DNA of 64,000 nucleotides from Trichoplax adhaerens (lineage: Eukaryota > Animalia > Placozoa), in assembly GCF_000150275.1 (NCBI RefSeq), contig NW_002060947.1, forward strand, positions 2,407,740 to 2,471,739, written 5' to 3'. The position numbers and the translations under genes are program-made. The stretch's first letter is position 1. The number at the start of each line of letters is the position of its first letter. Shown piece after piece: positions 1 through 10,731 of this stretch. The notes under the pieces were generated by a model. The model was not told where the DNA came from. It ran no database searches and saw nothing but the letters and a program-made list of their open reading frames with translations.

Positions 1-89
1 TATGGCAAAAATTTGATATCTATGCTCATTTACCAAAATTATTAATTGTAAGTAACTATTACAATTAGTAACGACTGTTTCGCATAACT

Positions 90-1311
90 AGATCTGTAAA
101 GGTTCTAGATCCTTCAAGACGTTCTGAAGCAAGAACCTTTCGGGATTTCGATTTTTCACTGGGAACTGGTTCTTGTTCGATTCAGCACAGCTTAATCTGC
201 GTTCCACGTTACAGTATAGTACCGTACACGATAGACTCGATAAGTCTAAAGTACAATATCATAGTAGAGAGAAAAAAATTCAATGGTGAATCCGATACAG
301 CAAATCGTAAATCTTGTATCTCATGTTGACGAGGGCTACCTAGTAATGACATTGATCTGTCAAAGCAACCTGCCAAATTGTATATTATGCGTATGCTAGC
401 CAATCTAAACCTGCATAGTGATGGATGTGGAAATTTCTATACGTACAGTAAGTATAGAGTTTAGCAGTTTAGAGGTTGAGATTTTTTTATTAAAGTTCTT
501 TCACACTTTTAAAGTGATGAAGACTATCTACACTGTACGCTGATTCCGGAAGTATGCATAGTTTTTTCTCTCCCACTCTCCGTTTGGCCGTGATGGTATT
601 ACAAAAAAATCGTCTTTTACTTTATGCACACACAGTAGATTATTATTATTATTAAGACTCATTGGCAGCGTCAAAAGCGCCTAACAATGATTAAACTCTT
701 TATTGAGCAATAAGATACAACCCCCAAGATCTTTTAACCTCATTAGCAGTTCGCGGATCAATTTCATAAAGTGTTTAATATCGTCCTCTATAAAAGACTC
801 CGATGGTTCGTATCTAATTCCCGGCGTACCGCATAGTTCACCCATCTATTAGATTTAGATTCGGGCAAGAGCTAAGTTGCGAACAGATACATTGGAATGC
901 AACGTGCAAATCAATATCCAGCATTCTACAATACTCTACTGTACAATACGCGTATGTGCCATTCGCTAAAGTTATTTACAACTTTACCTTCACTGTGTAG
1001 GAATTCCAAAACAAGATAAAATTTGAAAAGAAATTCCATAATATTATTATTACAGTGCTGTGAATCATATCCAATTTGTATACCTTTAGAACGATACATA
1101 ATAGAGCGCATTGAAGACCGTAGTATATCACTACTGCAGTCATTAACTCTTCCAATCAAATGCATGAAATTTAAAGGACCAAGTTCATCGAGCAACATCA
1201 TGCAGAAATTTACATTTAATAATTAACCATCGTCAACTTACAATTTTGGGCCATCACTAAATGCGCTGCGTAAGACAGCAATTCAAGGGATGATTTCTCT
1301 TTATTATCCAT
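90..1311 (-). CDS. Tentative small multi-exon gene of unknown function
   Basis: ATG at 1311 opens MDNKEKSSLELLSYAAHLVMAQN, ending at a perfect GTAAGT donor (1241). Further open segments with plausible acceptors follow (LVIYYGLQCALLCIVLK; MGELCGTPGIRYEPSESFIEDDIKHFMKLIRELLMRLKDLG at ~725-846). No homology recognised and the 3' structure is uncertain. Confidence 0.3.
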
Positions 1312-1348
1312 GCCTCAATAATTATAATAATTTAACTTCTGACGAGCA

Positions 1349-2100
1349 TACAGTATACAGTAGTACAGTATAAATATGCACTATACAGTATATATATGTA
1401 TGTTGTATAATAGTACTGTACAGTATCTCAGTGGTTTTGCAAATTGAGATTCGACTACGTCATATATTATTGCATAAACGCTTCTTTTACAAGTTATTAA
1501 ATGATCATCTAGTATCTTCCTCGTTCTCCTTGTGCAGAAAAAGAAAGAAAGAAATATGTACAATTCTACAGTAACTTTACTTTATTACTAAACCCCAAAT
1601 CAGCTAAAAGTGTACTGTACAGTATCAAACTCGGTACTGATCTGGCGTAGAGTATTGTACTGTGGCCGTGTACTGTACTGTATTGTACTGTACTGTGAGT
1701 CTAACTGTGACCATACAGTACGAGAATAGCAAAAGTTGTTTCACATTGTGAGAGGGGTAAGCAATGATTCAAACAACTTTTGCTATTCTCGTATGGTCGA
1801 CTGCACACTATTAGAATAATGTATCATCGTTTAAGCTATTTACGCTGAGTATCTGAGTAATCGGGATTATTATGGCTGGGGCCTACTGCACACTGTGCAC
1901 AGTGTACAGTACAGTACTGTACTACAGTATACTGTACATGTACTGTGCAGTACACTACAGTCCAAAGAGGAAAAAGAACCTCTACAGTACAGTACAGTAC
2001 TGTACAGTGTGGACGGGCTAATTTCTATGATTTTGGTGCAAACAGATGGATTAAATTTTTTTTTTTTTTTTGACAAATTTTATATCAGTCTATAGTACAA
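1349..2100. repeat. TACAGTA/TACTGTA (GTAC-W) motif cluster
   Basis: e.g. gtactgtactgtattgtactgtactg (1670-1695), gtgtacagtacagtactgtactacagtatactgtac (1902-1937), tacagtacagtacagtactgtacagtg (1983-2009). Confidence 0.9.
1709..1798. repeat. Inverted repeat / foldback (MITE-like relic) with a 23-bp perfect stem
   Basis: tacgagaatagcaaaagttgttt (1719-1741) is the exact reverse complement of aaacaacttttgctattctcgta (1771-1793). Pairing extends to gacca/tggtc if 5 bp are looped out of the left arm. Confidence 0.9.
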
Positions 2101-2667
2101 TTTGCATGGATGAAATAATTAGAAATAAAATTATATGAACGAGAGAATGAGTCAAAGACAACTGTGGTGTGCTTTATTGTACATACAGAGTACTGGACCA
2201 TACCATACCGTATGATTATTACATTTTAAATAAGTAAAAGAAATCTTATAATATCAGATATTAAATTCAAAACCAACTGACATGCACTACTATACGCGGC
2301 AACATAATTACAATATAAGAGGTTGATGCTTATGTTAATCAACTGCATGAGACACGCAATCAAACCGCTCGCTACTAATTATATATAATTATTGAACTAC
2401 GAGTATTCAGTTTCTGCAAAGACTAAAAATAATCTCAAATGCATTGACAAGCTTATGTACAGACGCAAACTTAGCCAACTAAAATGTTTTATACCTTAAT
2501 AAATGACAATTCTCTAACAACACTTAGTGTGTGCATAACAACTTTGTAACATTATTAAAAAATTAGTACCCATAATATAAATCGATTTACAATCAGTGGT
2601 CTAAACGCAACTAAAGACTATAAAGATCTAAGCAATAGTATCTAGCAATTATTATAAAGGCTAGAGT

Positions 2668-3681
2668 TTAAACAGAGGTTACAGTTTTAACATCAGCATT
2701 CAAGTATTCGCTTGTTGATGTTGTCTCTAAGTTGTACTTCGAAAAAGTAAACATTTTACAGAAAACTTTAAAACATTCAGATCTGATGTCGGGCGAGAAG
2801 TATCCGTACATTAGCGGATTAAGAGCTGGATATGAAAATGCAATAAAAGAGGTTATAACTAAAGCCTCTGATCGCACTTGCGTTCTTGGATCGGAAATTT
2901 TTTCTTGCTGGATAATGAACATGATAACAAATGGACAAAATCCCAGGCAAAATGTACAGAGAAGGATGGCCATTTGACGTAAGGCTTTGATATCGTAAAT
3001 GATGATAGACAAACTTCTTCTACGCGTCATCTTCTGATTAAATGAGTTCATCCTCTGGCGATGTGAATAACTTGTAGAAATGATCCTAGTGTATGTTAGT
3101 AAAATCACCACTAAAGGTAGAAAGAATAGAATTGAAAATATTGCAAACAAGAACGCTTTCTCAGCAACCAAATCATTTGCCCAAATTGTACAGTAAGTTG
3201 CATTAACAGGTCTAAATGTCACTAAAGGAAGCATTGGTACAACTGTTGCAATACTCCAAATACTGATAAGCAATAAAATTAAGTTCCGTGTTGTAGACTG
3301 TCTAGGGTAATTAAAAGGGTACATTACAGCAAAATATCGATCAAAACTAATGACGCAGATATGAATATTGAGATTAATTACTAAAGACTGGCCAATCTGG
3401 CGCGTTATGTCACAAAGAATCGGTGTCTGCAATCCATCTGGATTAGCCCATCGTGGTAAAATGTAAATTGCTCCAAAAAGAATCCCCACAAAGGCCATGC
3501 TAGCTATTATCCGATGTGAAAATGTCCATAATTTTCTCCTTAATAATATCAACAACAGTAATGAGGTATTAGTTACTACAGTCAACGCTCCAGTAACGCT
3601 CCAATATACTTGTGTGAAAACATATCCATCATTAGTTCTGGGGTTCTCTAGAGAGCTATTAACAGCAGAAGTATTAGCCAT
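2668..3681 (-). CDS. Intronless rhodopsin-like (class A) orphan GPCR, 337 aa
   Basis: Seven hydrophobic segments, N-terminal N-glycosylation sequons, C3.25, FDRYFAVMYP (DRY), FFLP in TM5, NPLMY (NPxxY) and helix 8. Confidence 0.95.
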   Translation of the reverse strand: MANTSAVNSSLENPRTNDGYVFTQVYWSVTGALTVVTNTSLLLLILLRRKLWTFSHRIIASMAFVGILFGAIYILPRWANPDGLQTPILCDITRQIGQSLVINLNIHICVISFDRYFAVMYPFNYPRQSTTRNLILLLISIWSIATVVPMLPLVTFRPVNATYCTIWANDLVAEKAFLFAIFSILFFLPLVVILLTYTRIISTSYSHRQRMNSFNQKMTRRRSLSIIIYDIKALRQMAILLCTFCLGFCPFVIMFIIQQEKISDPRTQVRSEALVITSFIAFSYPALNPLMYGYFSPDIRSECFKVFCKMFTFSKYNLETTSTSEYLNADVKTVTSV

Positions 3682-5039
3682 GCTTTAACTACAACTTGAC
3701 TTCCTATGTCACATGAAATTTGACATCAAAAGTCATAGATAGCTATTTTAATTCATGTAGAATTCGAGTTTTAAAAAATGATAATTAGATTTAAAATTGA
3801 ATGTAAATATTGACGTAGACAAGATCTGGCGCCGAGTTTAGGCAACACTAAAGCTTCTTTAGAAGTCAAATCGACTAGCTGCCTTCCTGGATATAGCGTG
3901 ACAATGTTTTTCATTCGAAATTTATATGCAATAGCAAACTATCGTCTCCTTTAAAGCTGTGAATTCCTAGTTTAAATGGAATAATTTGCTTTAAATTTAG
4001 CACAGAAACGGTTACGCATTGCAATTCATAACAATAATATTTTATCACTTCATTCTACTAAAACGAATCGAACACCTGCATGTAATTTAAACGGTGTCGG
4101 CTACTTTTACGTACTGTTATATACCGTGCAAGCTGTGATACATATCAAAGTCTATATCAAATACTACTACATCTCTACATAATTTATCTTACTTCAGAAT
4201 TTTCCAGTTCATAGTGACTGCAATGTCCAATACAAACACAATCGATAAGTAAAAATAAACAACTTTACAAATAGGACTGGGTCAGCCATTATAAACATAA
4301 ATCTTGTGCTATGAATGCCAAAACATTTACATTTCAACCACTTTATTCTACCGAGTCCGAGATCAATACTTCAAGAAACGAATACGAAAGGTTCCAGATT
4401 TTGATTCAACTATTATTCCGGAGACACTGCATAACAGTAACTTATTGCAAAGCACAATGTAACAAACAAACAATTGTAGACAATACTAGACAACCAAGAA
4501 GGCAACATCAACAACAAATCTAGGAAAACATACATATTTATTGATTCAGCTGATATCAATGAAACGGATTAAATATTATCTACTTTGCCTTTAAAGTGTA
4601 GGTCTAATACGACTATAATAATCCCGATGGAAGTCTGGTGCTTGCAATTACGGTTCAAAGTTTCCTCGTCTACTTTAGGAACATAATCATTATATAATTA
4701 TATTAGTCCGATATTAATTTGTTGATGTAAATTTCAAAATTTAATAGAATTTTTAAAATCATATTTAATCAGATTATTTATTAATTAAAGTACAATCAAT
4801 CATTTTTATTAATATGGCAATACCCAAATCTAAGAAAATTTATGGATGAATTGTATAACATTACAACTTTGGTAAATAGTGCATAATACGGTAAGTTGTA
4901 TGGAGTTTTCGTTTCTTGGCCTTCTTAAATTTACGTTTGCAGTTAATACCAATCTTGGGCGAGTAGTTGAAGTGTTTCCTACTGGAATTGGGTCCAAAGC
5001 GACAAGTTTGTCGATAAGCGTAACATCAGTGAATAGATA

Positions 5040-5470
5040 GAGCTAGCTGACCACCTCCGTTCACAATGAACGGAGTCACTAGACCTGCTATCGTAGTATA
5101 GCTATAAGTCTGTATCTTAAGCTCTCTAGCAGCTGCTAATGCTACATATGGCTGCTTATATCGGTTCACTATGAACGGGAACAGTGTCTGTCTGTATCTG
5201 TACGTATATGTAGAGTTCTCCAACAACTGCCAGTTCTGTATATTGTACGTACCTAGGTCCTCTATATCCAAAGCTTTCTAGCAACTACTAGTGCCATATA
5301 CGATTCTCTATATCAGTTCGCTATGAACGGCAATTGCCACTGTATATGTCGGCCTTTGTGTATATTTAGCTATCGATATCTATACCTCCAGTAGTGTACA
5401 TGTACATTGTACAGTACAGCACGTAGAGCTCTCCAATAGTGTTAGTGCTATATATAGCTATCTATAACGT
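5040..5470. repeat. Degenerate tandem repeat (~152-155 bp period) carrying GTTCA-NNN-TGAAC hairpins
   Basis: 5119-5178 aligns with 5271-5330 (aagct.tctagca.ct.cta.tgc...tatatc.gttc.ctatgaacgg), with partial copies at ~5212 and 5426. Perfect palindrome ctccgttca-caa-tgaacggag at 5055-5075. Confidence 0.7.
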
Positions 5471-6454
5471 ACTACCGTATACAGTTTTTTCATCATTTTA
5501 TAGCACCTTCGCATGTTAAATTATCACTTCAGAAAGTAATTATCCCATTATCGAAGTAATTTTAAAATCTTATATAAAGGTTCGATTTTAAATATAACCA
5601 TCCATATTCGATGAAAGTCGAAAGTGTAACGTGCTTTGGAATGATTAGATGGACCAGACAGACAGCTTTTCAAAAATATATATGTTTATTATATTATTTA
5701 TATATATACGTATGTTATATTAATTAATTACATACAGTACGTATATCGTTATGAGGAAATGTGATGATACATAAAGTAAAAAGTATAGCATGCGATGTAG
5801 AACGAATGAGTATCGACTAATACAAAACTCTGTATATAGTAGCTACAGAAGAACTGCCTGCCGTTTATGATCAGCTGTAATTTGTGTAATAGGCAATCAG
5901 ACGCCTCGTACTTATACCTTCTCTATAACGAAAATATTACAATCGATATACGGTACGTACTGCATAACGACCAGTAATAATTATATAATGTAAACGTGGA
6001 GTTTTTTGTTATTAAAAAAAGGGGAGATGTAATATTACCCTGAATTGTATACGTGATTTAGTTTAATAATGTGATCCGTTTCCTTAGATATGTTTTAATA
6101 CTAAAAACTATAAGTAAAACGCTTAAAAAAGACCAATCGTTATGAACCTTCCTATACAAATAGGTCTCTTATTAGAAAGTAGCCTTCTAATTGATTAATC
6201 TTTATCCCGATGAAAATTTGCTTAATTAGAAATGGCTACCGTAAATTTACTGCTTAAATGTAAACTGAATTACGGATATAGAATCTCTCAAAGTCAAGAG
6301 CTATATTAAAACCATGCCTTTGCGATCAATTTTGTACAAATTGATGCAAAAACTCTAATAAATTTTAAATTTTTTTATTTATTTTATTTTAAAATCGAAA
6401 TGTATCGGATCACGTGGTATACAGTACGAAGCTAATTGATAAGCGTCACTTGTC

Positions 6455-7845
6455 TACTGTACTGTACTGTAAGAAATTTCCATTTAGTACTGTAACAATT
6501 TTAGACTACTGTACTGTACTGTAGTACAGTACAGTACATGTATTTGCAGATTTTACGTGAAGATTAGAACTAATTTAAAGAAGCGAAAGCCAGATTTACA
6601 GTACAGTACAGTACATCCCTGAATTATTGGGCTACGCCTACATTTAAGATTTTATCTGCTTTGGGCTTGACATAGCCTACACAGTTTATTTTTCTTAGTG
6701 CCACCGAAGTTAATCCCGCTGTACTGTACAGTACACTACAGTATGATACTGTATATTGTAGACCAGTTCTACAGTACAGTATTACTAGCCTCTCGGTATC
6801 TGATTCCTGTTCAACAACCTAAATAAATATCTTGATACTTCTCTGAGTCTAAAGACAAGTCTGAATCACTGAGTTTCCAATTAAGGAAAATAGTACAAAA
6901 GCAGGGACTTCTCAAGAAAAATAAATTTCATGAAGAGCCTCACAATCTCTAGAACTTATGGTTTTGCATGTTTCTTCAAGCAGGCGTACAGTAGCGGGTC
7001 TCTAAAAAACGTTCATTACAGTTACAGTCTCAGCTGCGTATGACAACAATCGCACAAACTAAACCTCAAAATTTTTTGCTATTCAGTACAGTACTGTACA
7101 TACGGTATAGTGTAATGTACTGTACTGTACTGTACATGATTGTGCCTTAATTAATTAATTAAATTTAGCTGCCTAAAACATGACCCTAAATCATTCTACT
7201 GTAGTGCATCTAGTGGACGGTTACAGTTTCGGGTATGGTAAAACGATTGTTAAATGGCACCTACACATTTTGTCGGCTAAATGCGGTTATGTCCTGTCCA
7301 TAGAGTTAAGGAAAACTCTATGGTCTTGTCTCTCATTATCGAGTACAGTACAGTACTGTACGTACTACCTGCTTTAACGAAACCCTCGCTCTTGATTTGC
7401 GATATTTCGTGTGCTGTTAAGCTGCACTGGTACGTTTTACTACAGTAAAGTATGGTTGCAATTTACGACATTTTAGGTTTTAAGTATTACATCCAACCGA
7501 TACAGTGCAGAGTGTTAAGGTGCATTGCTGATTTAATATTGACTGATAGTAAATTGCCCTAGCTAGCAAAACATGCGAGATGCTTCAAACTATCGATTCC
7601 TATGTTTTACTTGCTAGCGTAAATTACTATCTGTCAATTGACAATACATCTTATATTGCAATTTGCAAGTTCGTTATGTCGTGCTCGAATCTTTTCAAGG
7701 GTTTATGGTTACAACTTTGCAAGTATTAAAGAGTATCAATGCCGGCAGTTTTTTGACGTGCTGTATTACCCTAGTTATACAGTATTGTACCTAGTAACGT
7801 ACTGCACTGTACTGTACACTGAACACTAGTGTACAGTACTAGAAT
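6455..7845. repeat. TACAGTA/TACTGTA motif clusters upstream of RIB43A
   Basis: Runs at 6455-6540, 6597-6615, 6720-6785, 7085-7137, 7342-7365 and 7778-7841. Confidence 0.9.
7291..7330. mobile_element. 24-bp P-superfamily-like palindromic relic or excision footprint with 8-bp TSD
   Basis: gtcctgtc [CATAGAGTT-AAGGAA-AACTCTATG] gtcttgtc: 9-bp inverted termini starting CA, and flanking 8-mers matching 7/8. A near-identical copy lies at 57909-57934. Confidence 0.65.
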
Positions 7846-7951
7846 ATTCGCTTTTGATTACATTTACATTTATTCACTCTTAACGCAATAAATATAATGA
7901 TTATTATAATAATAATAATAATTAATCATAAACATTAAGCATAATGAAATG

Positions 7952-7965
7952 GTTGCCATGGAAAT
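7952..7965 (+). promoter_or_regulatory. RFX X-box-like motif upstream of ciliary gene RIB43A
   Basis: GTTGCCATGGAAAT, close to the GTTGCCATGGCAAC X-box, ~190 bp upstream of the ATG; forkhead-like TAAACA at ~7929. Confidence 0.7.
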
Positions 7966-8151
7966 AGCTCCACCGATACAGTACTTATTATAAAACCAGT
8001 ACGTACAGCAACATACGAAGATCTTCGACCGTTGCCAATCAAAGTTTACCAAGTACTGTACTGGCAGACGACATCAACTTTAAATATCAAACTTTCCTAG
8101 ATTTACAGTATTACCTACGACTTCGATTGAGAGTAATTATTACTTATCAGT

Positions 8152-10731
8152 ATGTATAAGTTGGATCTACCGATAGACAATACAGAAAATGCAGCAATTC
8201 AAAGACGACGAAATCAGGAAATTCAACGAAAAAGCCAAATTTTTGACGCGAGAACAAGAATCGTTGGTGTAAGTCTACATCAGATCACATTACAATACAG
8301 TGCAGATCTTATCGTGTGTGTATTCTAGCTGCATATTCATTCTAAGTCATCTTAAAATTTCGAAATTAAAGTACACTAGCGTTTGGCCGTGATAGTATTC
8401 TTATAAATCGTAATTATCTCACGTTATGGGACTGAACCTATGAATAGAAATGTAGAATTACGACTATTTATCGCAAATTAACATCTCTTCCAATTTTCCT
8501 GTTTCTAGGTTGATACATCTGCTCTCAATAATCAAATAATAGAAAAGCAAAACCGAATCGCTACTGAAAAAGCTAGAAATGAAGCATTTGGTAATTAATA
8601 GATACAGCCAGTTGTAGTGAAATTTTATATGGTATTTTTTCTTAAATTTACAGTAAAATAAAGCAATAGCGTCATGCGTTTCCAATAAAATCATTATAAA
8701 TATTACGCTATATATGCAAAATGTCTTGTCACAACGTTAATATGTTCTGATGCATCTAACTACTAAGTGTATGTGCTAAATTAACAACTTATGGAAACCT
8801 ATGAAAACAATTCATATGATCTCACTCTTTACTTTTAAAATCACGCCAATATTAGCTGACATAGCAATAACAAATGACAAGCTAGGATTAATACAACAAG
8901 AAAGAGAAGATGAGGCTCGGAAACAATTAAGCAAGGTAAGCAATTATAGTTGCTTATATGCTACTGCAACAATTACAATTAGGGTTACAGACTGTATCTT
9001 AAATTCTGTAGTACTGCACATATCATATGTGAGTGTCAGAATGAGTGTAATACTGTACATTAGACCGTCACTTAAAGACGCATTAAACCTCTGATTGTAT
9101 CCATCTGTATACGTATATAAATTTTTGCAACGCAGGAGCTAAACGAATATCGAAAAACCTATCAACAACCACCCACTAGAAAAGAATGGGATCTCAATGA
9201 CCCACAGAGACTGTTAAAAGATAAACCTGTTCGGGTAACTAACCATTTACAAAAATAGGAATATAATTACCGAAGATTTTGATATGTTCAGTTGTTGACA
9301 CTTACTTCGTTTAACGTATCATTAGATGCCCGGCAATGAAAACTGTGGAATTTCTAGTGTTCAAGTGTTACAAGGCGAGGTCAGTTAGACAGTTCATATA
9401 CTATTAAAGAGATTATCTAGAAGTGTAGGTCATTTTTCCTTATAAAGACTCTATTACGTAGGATGTACAATATGAACATAGAAAAAAAATACAGGCAGAA
9501 CAGTTACGGTACGTAAGTAAACAAATTAACCGATAAGCAGTATCATAAAAAGTTGTATTGTATAGCCATATAGTTAGTAATAATATGCAGATTTCCGTTT
9601 TTTAATGACTCTTTCCTTTCTTCAGATCATGGACGCAAAAACAGATGGAAGAAAAAAAGCTTCAGGAACGCGAAGAATACGAAGCTAACAAACTATTTTA
9701 CATGAAAGCCTGCGAAGATGATAGAAAGGCCTTAGAGGTATTTTCCTTCAAGCAATATAGTTATACAAAATGCAATAAGATTGCTTATCTCACTTCTTAA
9801 CATTCAGCTGGAAGAAGCAGAGAAAGATTGCAAGCGAAATATTAATCTTGCAGTAAAGGACTATAATTTGGCACTGGTAATAAATGTAATGAGTAAAATT
9901 TGCATGCATACTCTTAAGTAACTCAAATTTGATCATCGTAGGCAAATCATAAAAGAGACCGTGAACAAGCTTTTAAGAAGCAAGAGTTCGATGATAATTT
10001 TACAGAGCTTAGCAACCATTTGCACGGAGATCTCCTTACAGAAAATCCTGAAGCGTCAGTAAGCGCCTACGGCCCTCACAGGTTGGTTAAATTATCTTTA
10101 ATATTACCGAATGTATTATTGAAATCCGCACATTATAATTGAAATATCTCATAGTTGTTCTAACATGCCCGATTCTACCATACTATTACATTCTATTCTA
10201 CAGAGTTATACCTGATCGTTGGAAAGGAATGAGTAAGGAGCAATTAAACTCAATATACGAATTTCAAAAGCAGCAACGTTTGGATAAAATGGTAAAGTAT
10301 AATATGCCACTAAATCGCAAATTATTTCGAAACTAAATATATAACTTTAATAGACATCTAAAGTGCACGATAAAGAAAGTGACAACGAATGGGTTGCAAA
10401 TAATAAGAATGTCGGACGAATGACAATGCTAATTGAAAATGAACAGGAACAAAAAAGACGAGCCTTAGCCAAACAGTTTATGGAAGACAACAAAATTCTT
10501 GCGAATGAGCAAGATGCAAGGTATATTGTCCTAACCCATGTAAATCTTATCGGCTTACCAAATGCCTTTTTTACGTTACGACTAGTTGATGATGAGAACA
10601 TGACACATTTACATTAAATCCTAATTAACACGTTTTGATGTTTATTTAGAAAAAAACAACTTAATCATGATACGTACAGAAATGAAGTAACAGAAGATTT
10701 CTTCAAACAATTCAATACGGCAACTAGATAA
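8152..10731 (+). CDS. RIBC2: RIB43A-like coiled-coil ciliary microtubule inner protein (RIBC1/2 family), multi-exon
   Basis: Spliced translation MYKLDLPIDNTENAAIQRRRNQEIQRKSQIFDARTRIVG|VD...RKEWDLNDP...CGISSVQVLQGE|D...GDLLTENP...GPHR|VIPDRWKGMS...FFKQFNTATR*; these are characteristic RIB43A motifs; GT-AG introns. Confidence 0.92.

Noticed and set aside
98-140. Hairpin aaaggttct...agaaccttt as a possible snRNA/ncRNA
   Set aside because: Short imperfect stem with no recognisable snRNA, tRNA or snoRNA motifs.
1381-2095. Short ORFs rich in YCTV/STVL/VQYS (also at 20943-21450, 25512-26053, 32674-33663 and 58451-58996)
   Set aside because: They are translations of the TACAG/CTGTA motif, which is poor in stop codons, and not real proteins.
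1349-2100. TACAG repeats as telomeric or simple satellite DNA
   Set aside because: Units are interspersed, mixed in orientation and tied to gene 5' ends rather than forming long homogeneous arrays.
5040-5470. CRISPR-like appearance of spaced palindromic repeats
   Set aside because: Eukaryotic intron-containing context, degenerate repeats, spacers that are themselves partly repeated, and no cas genes.
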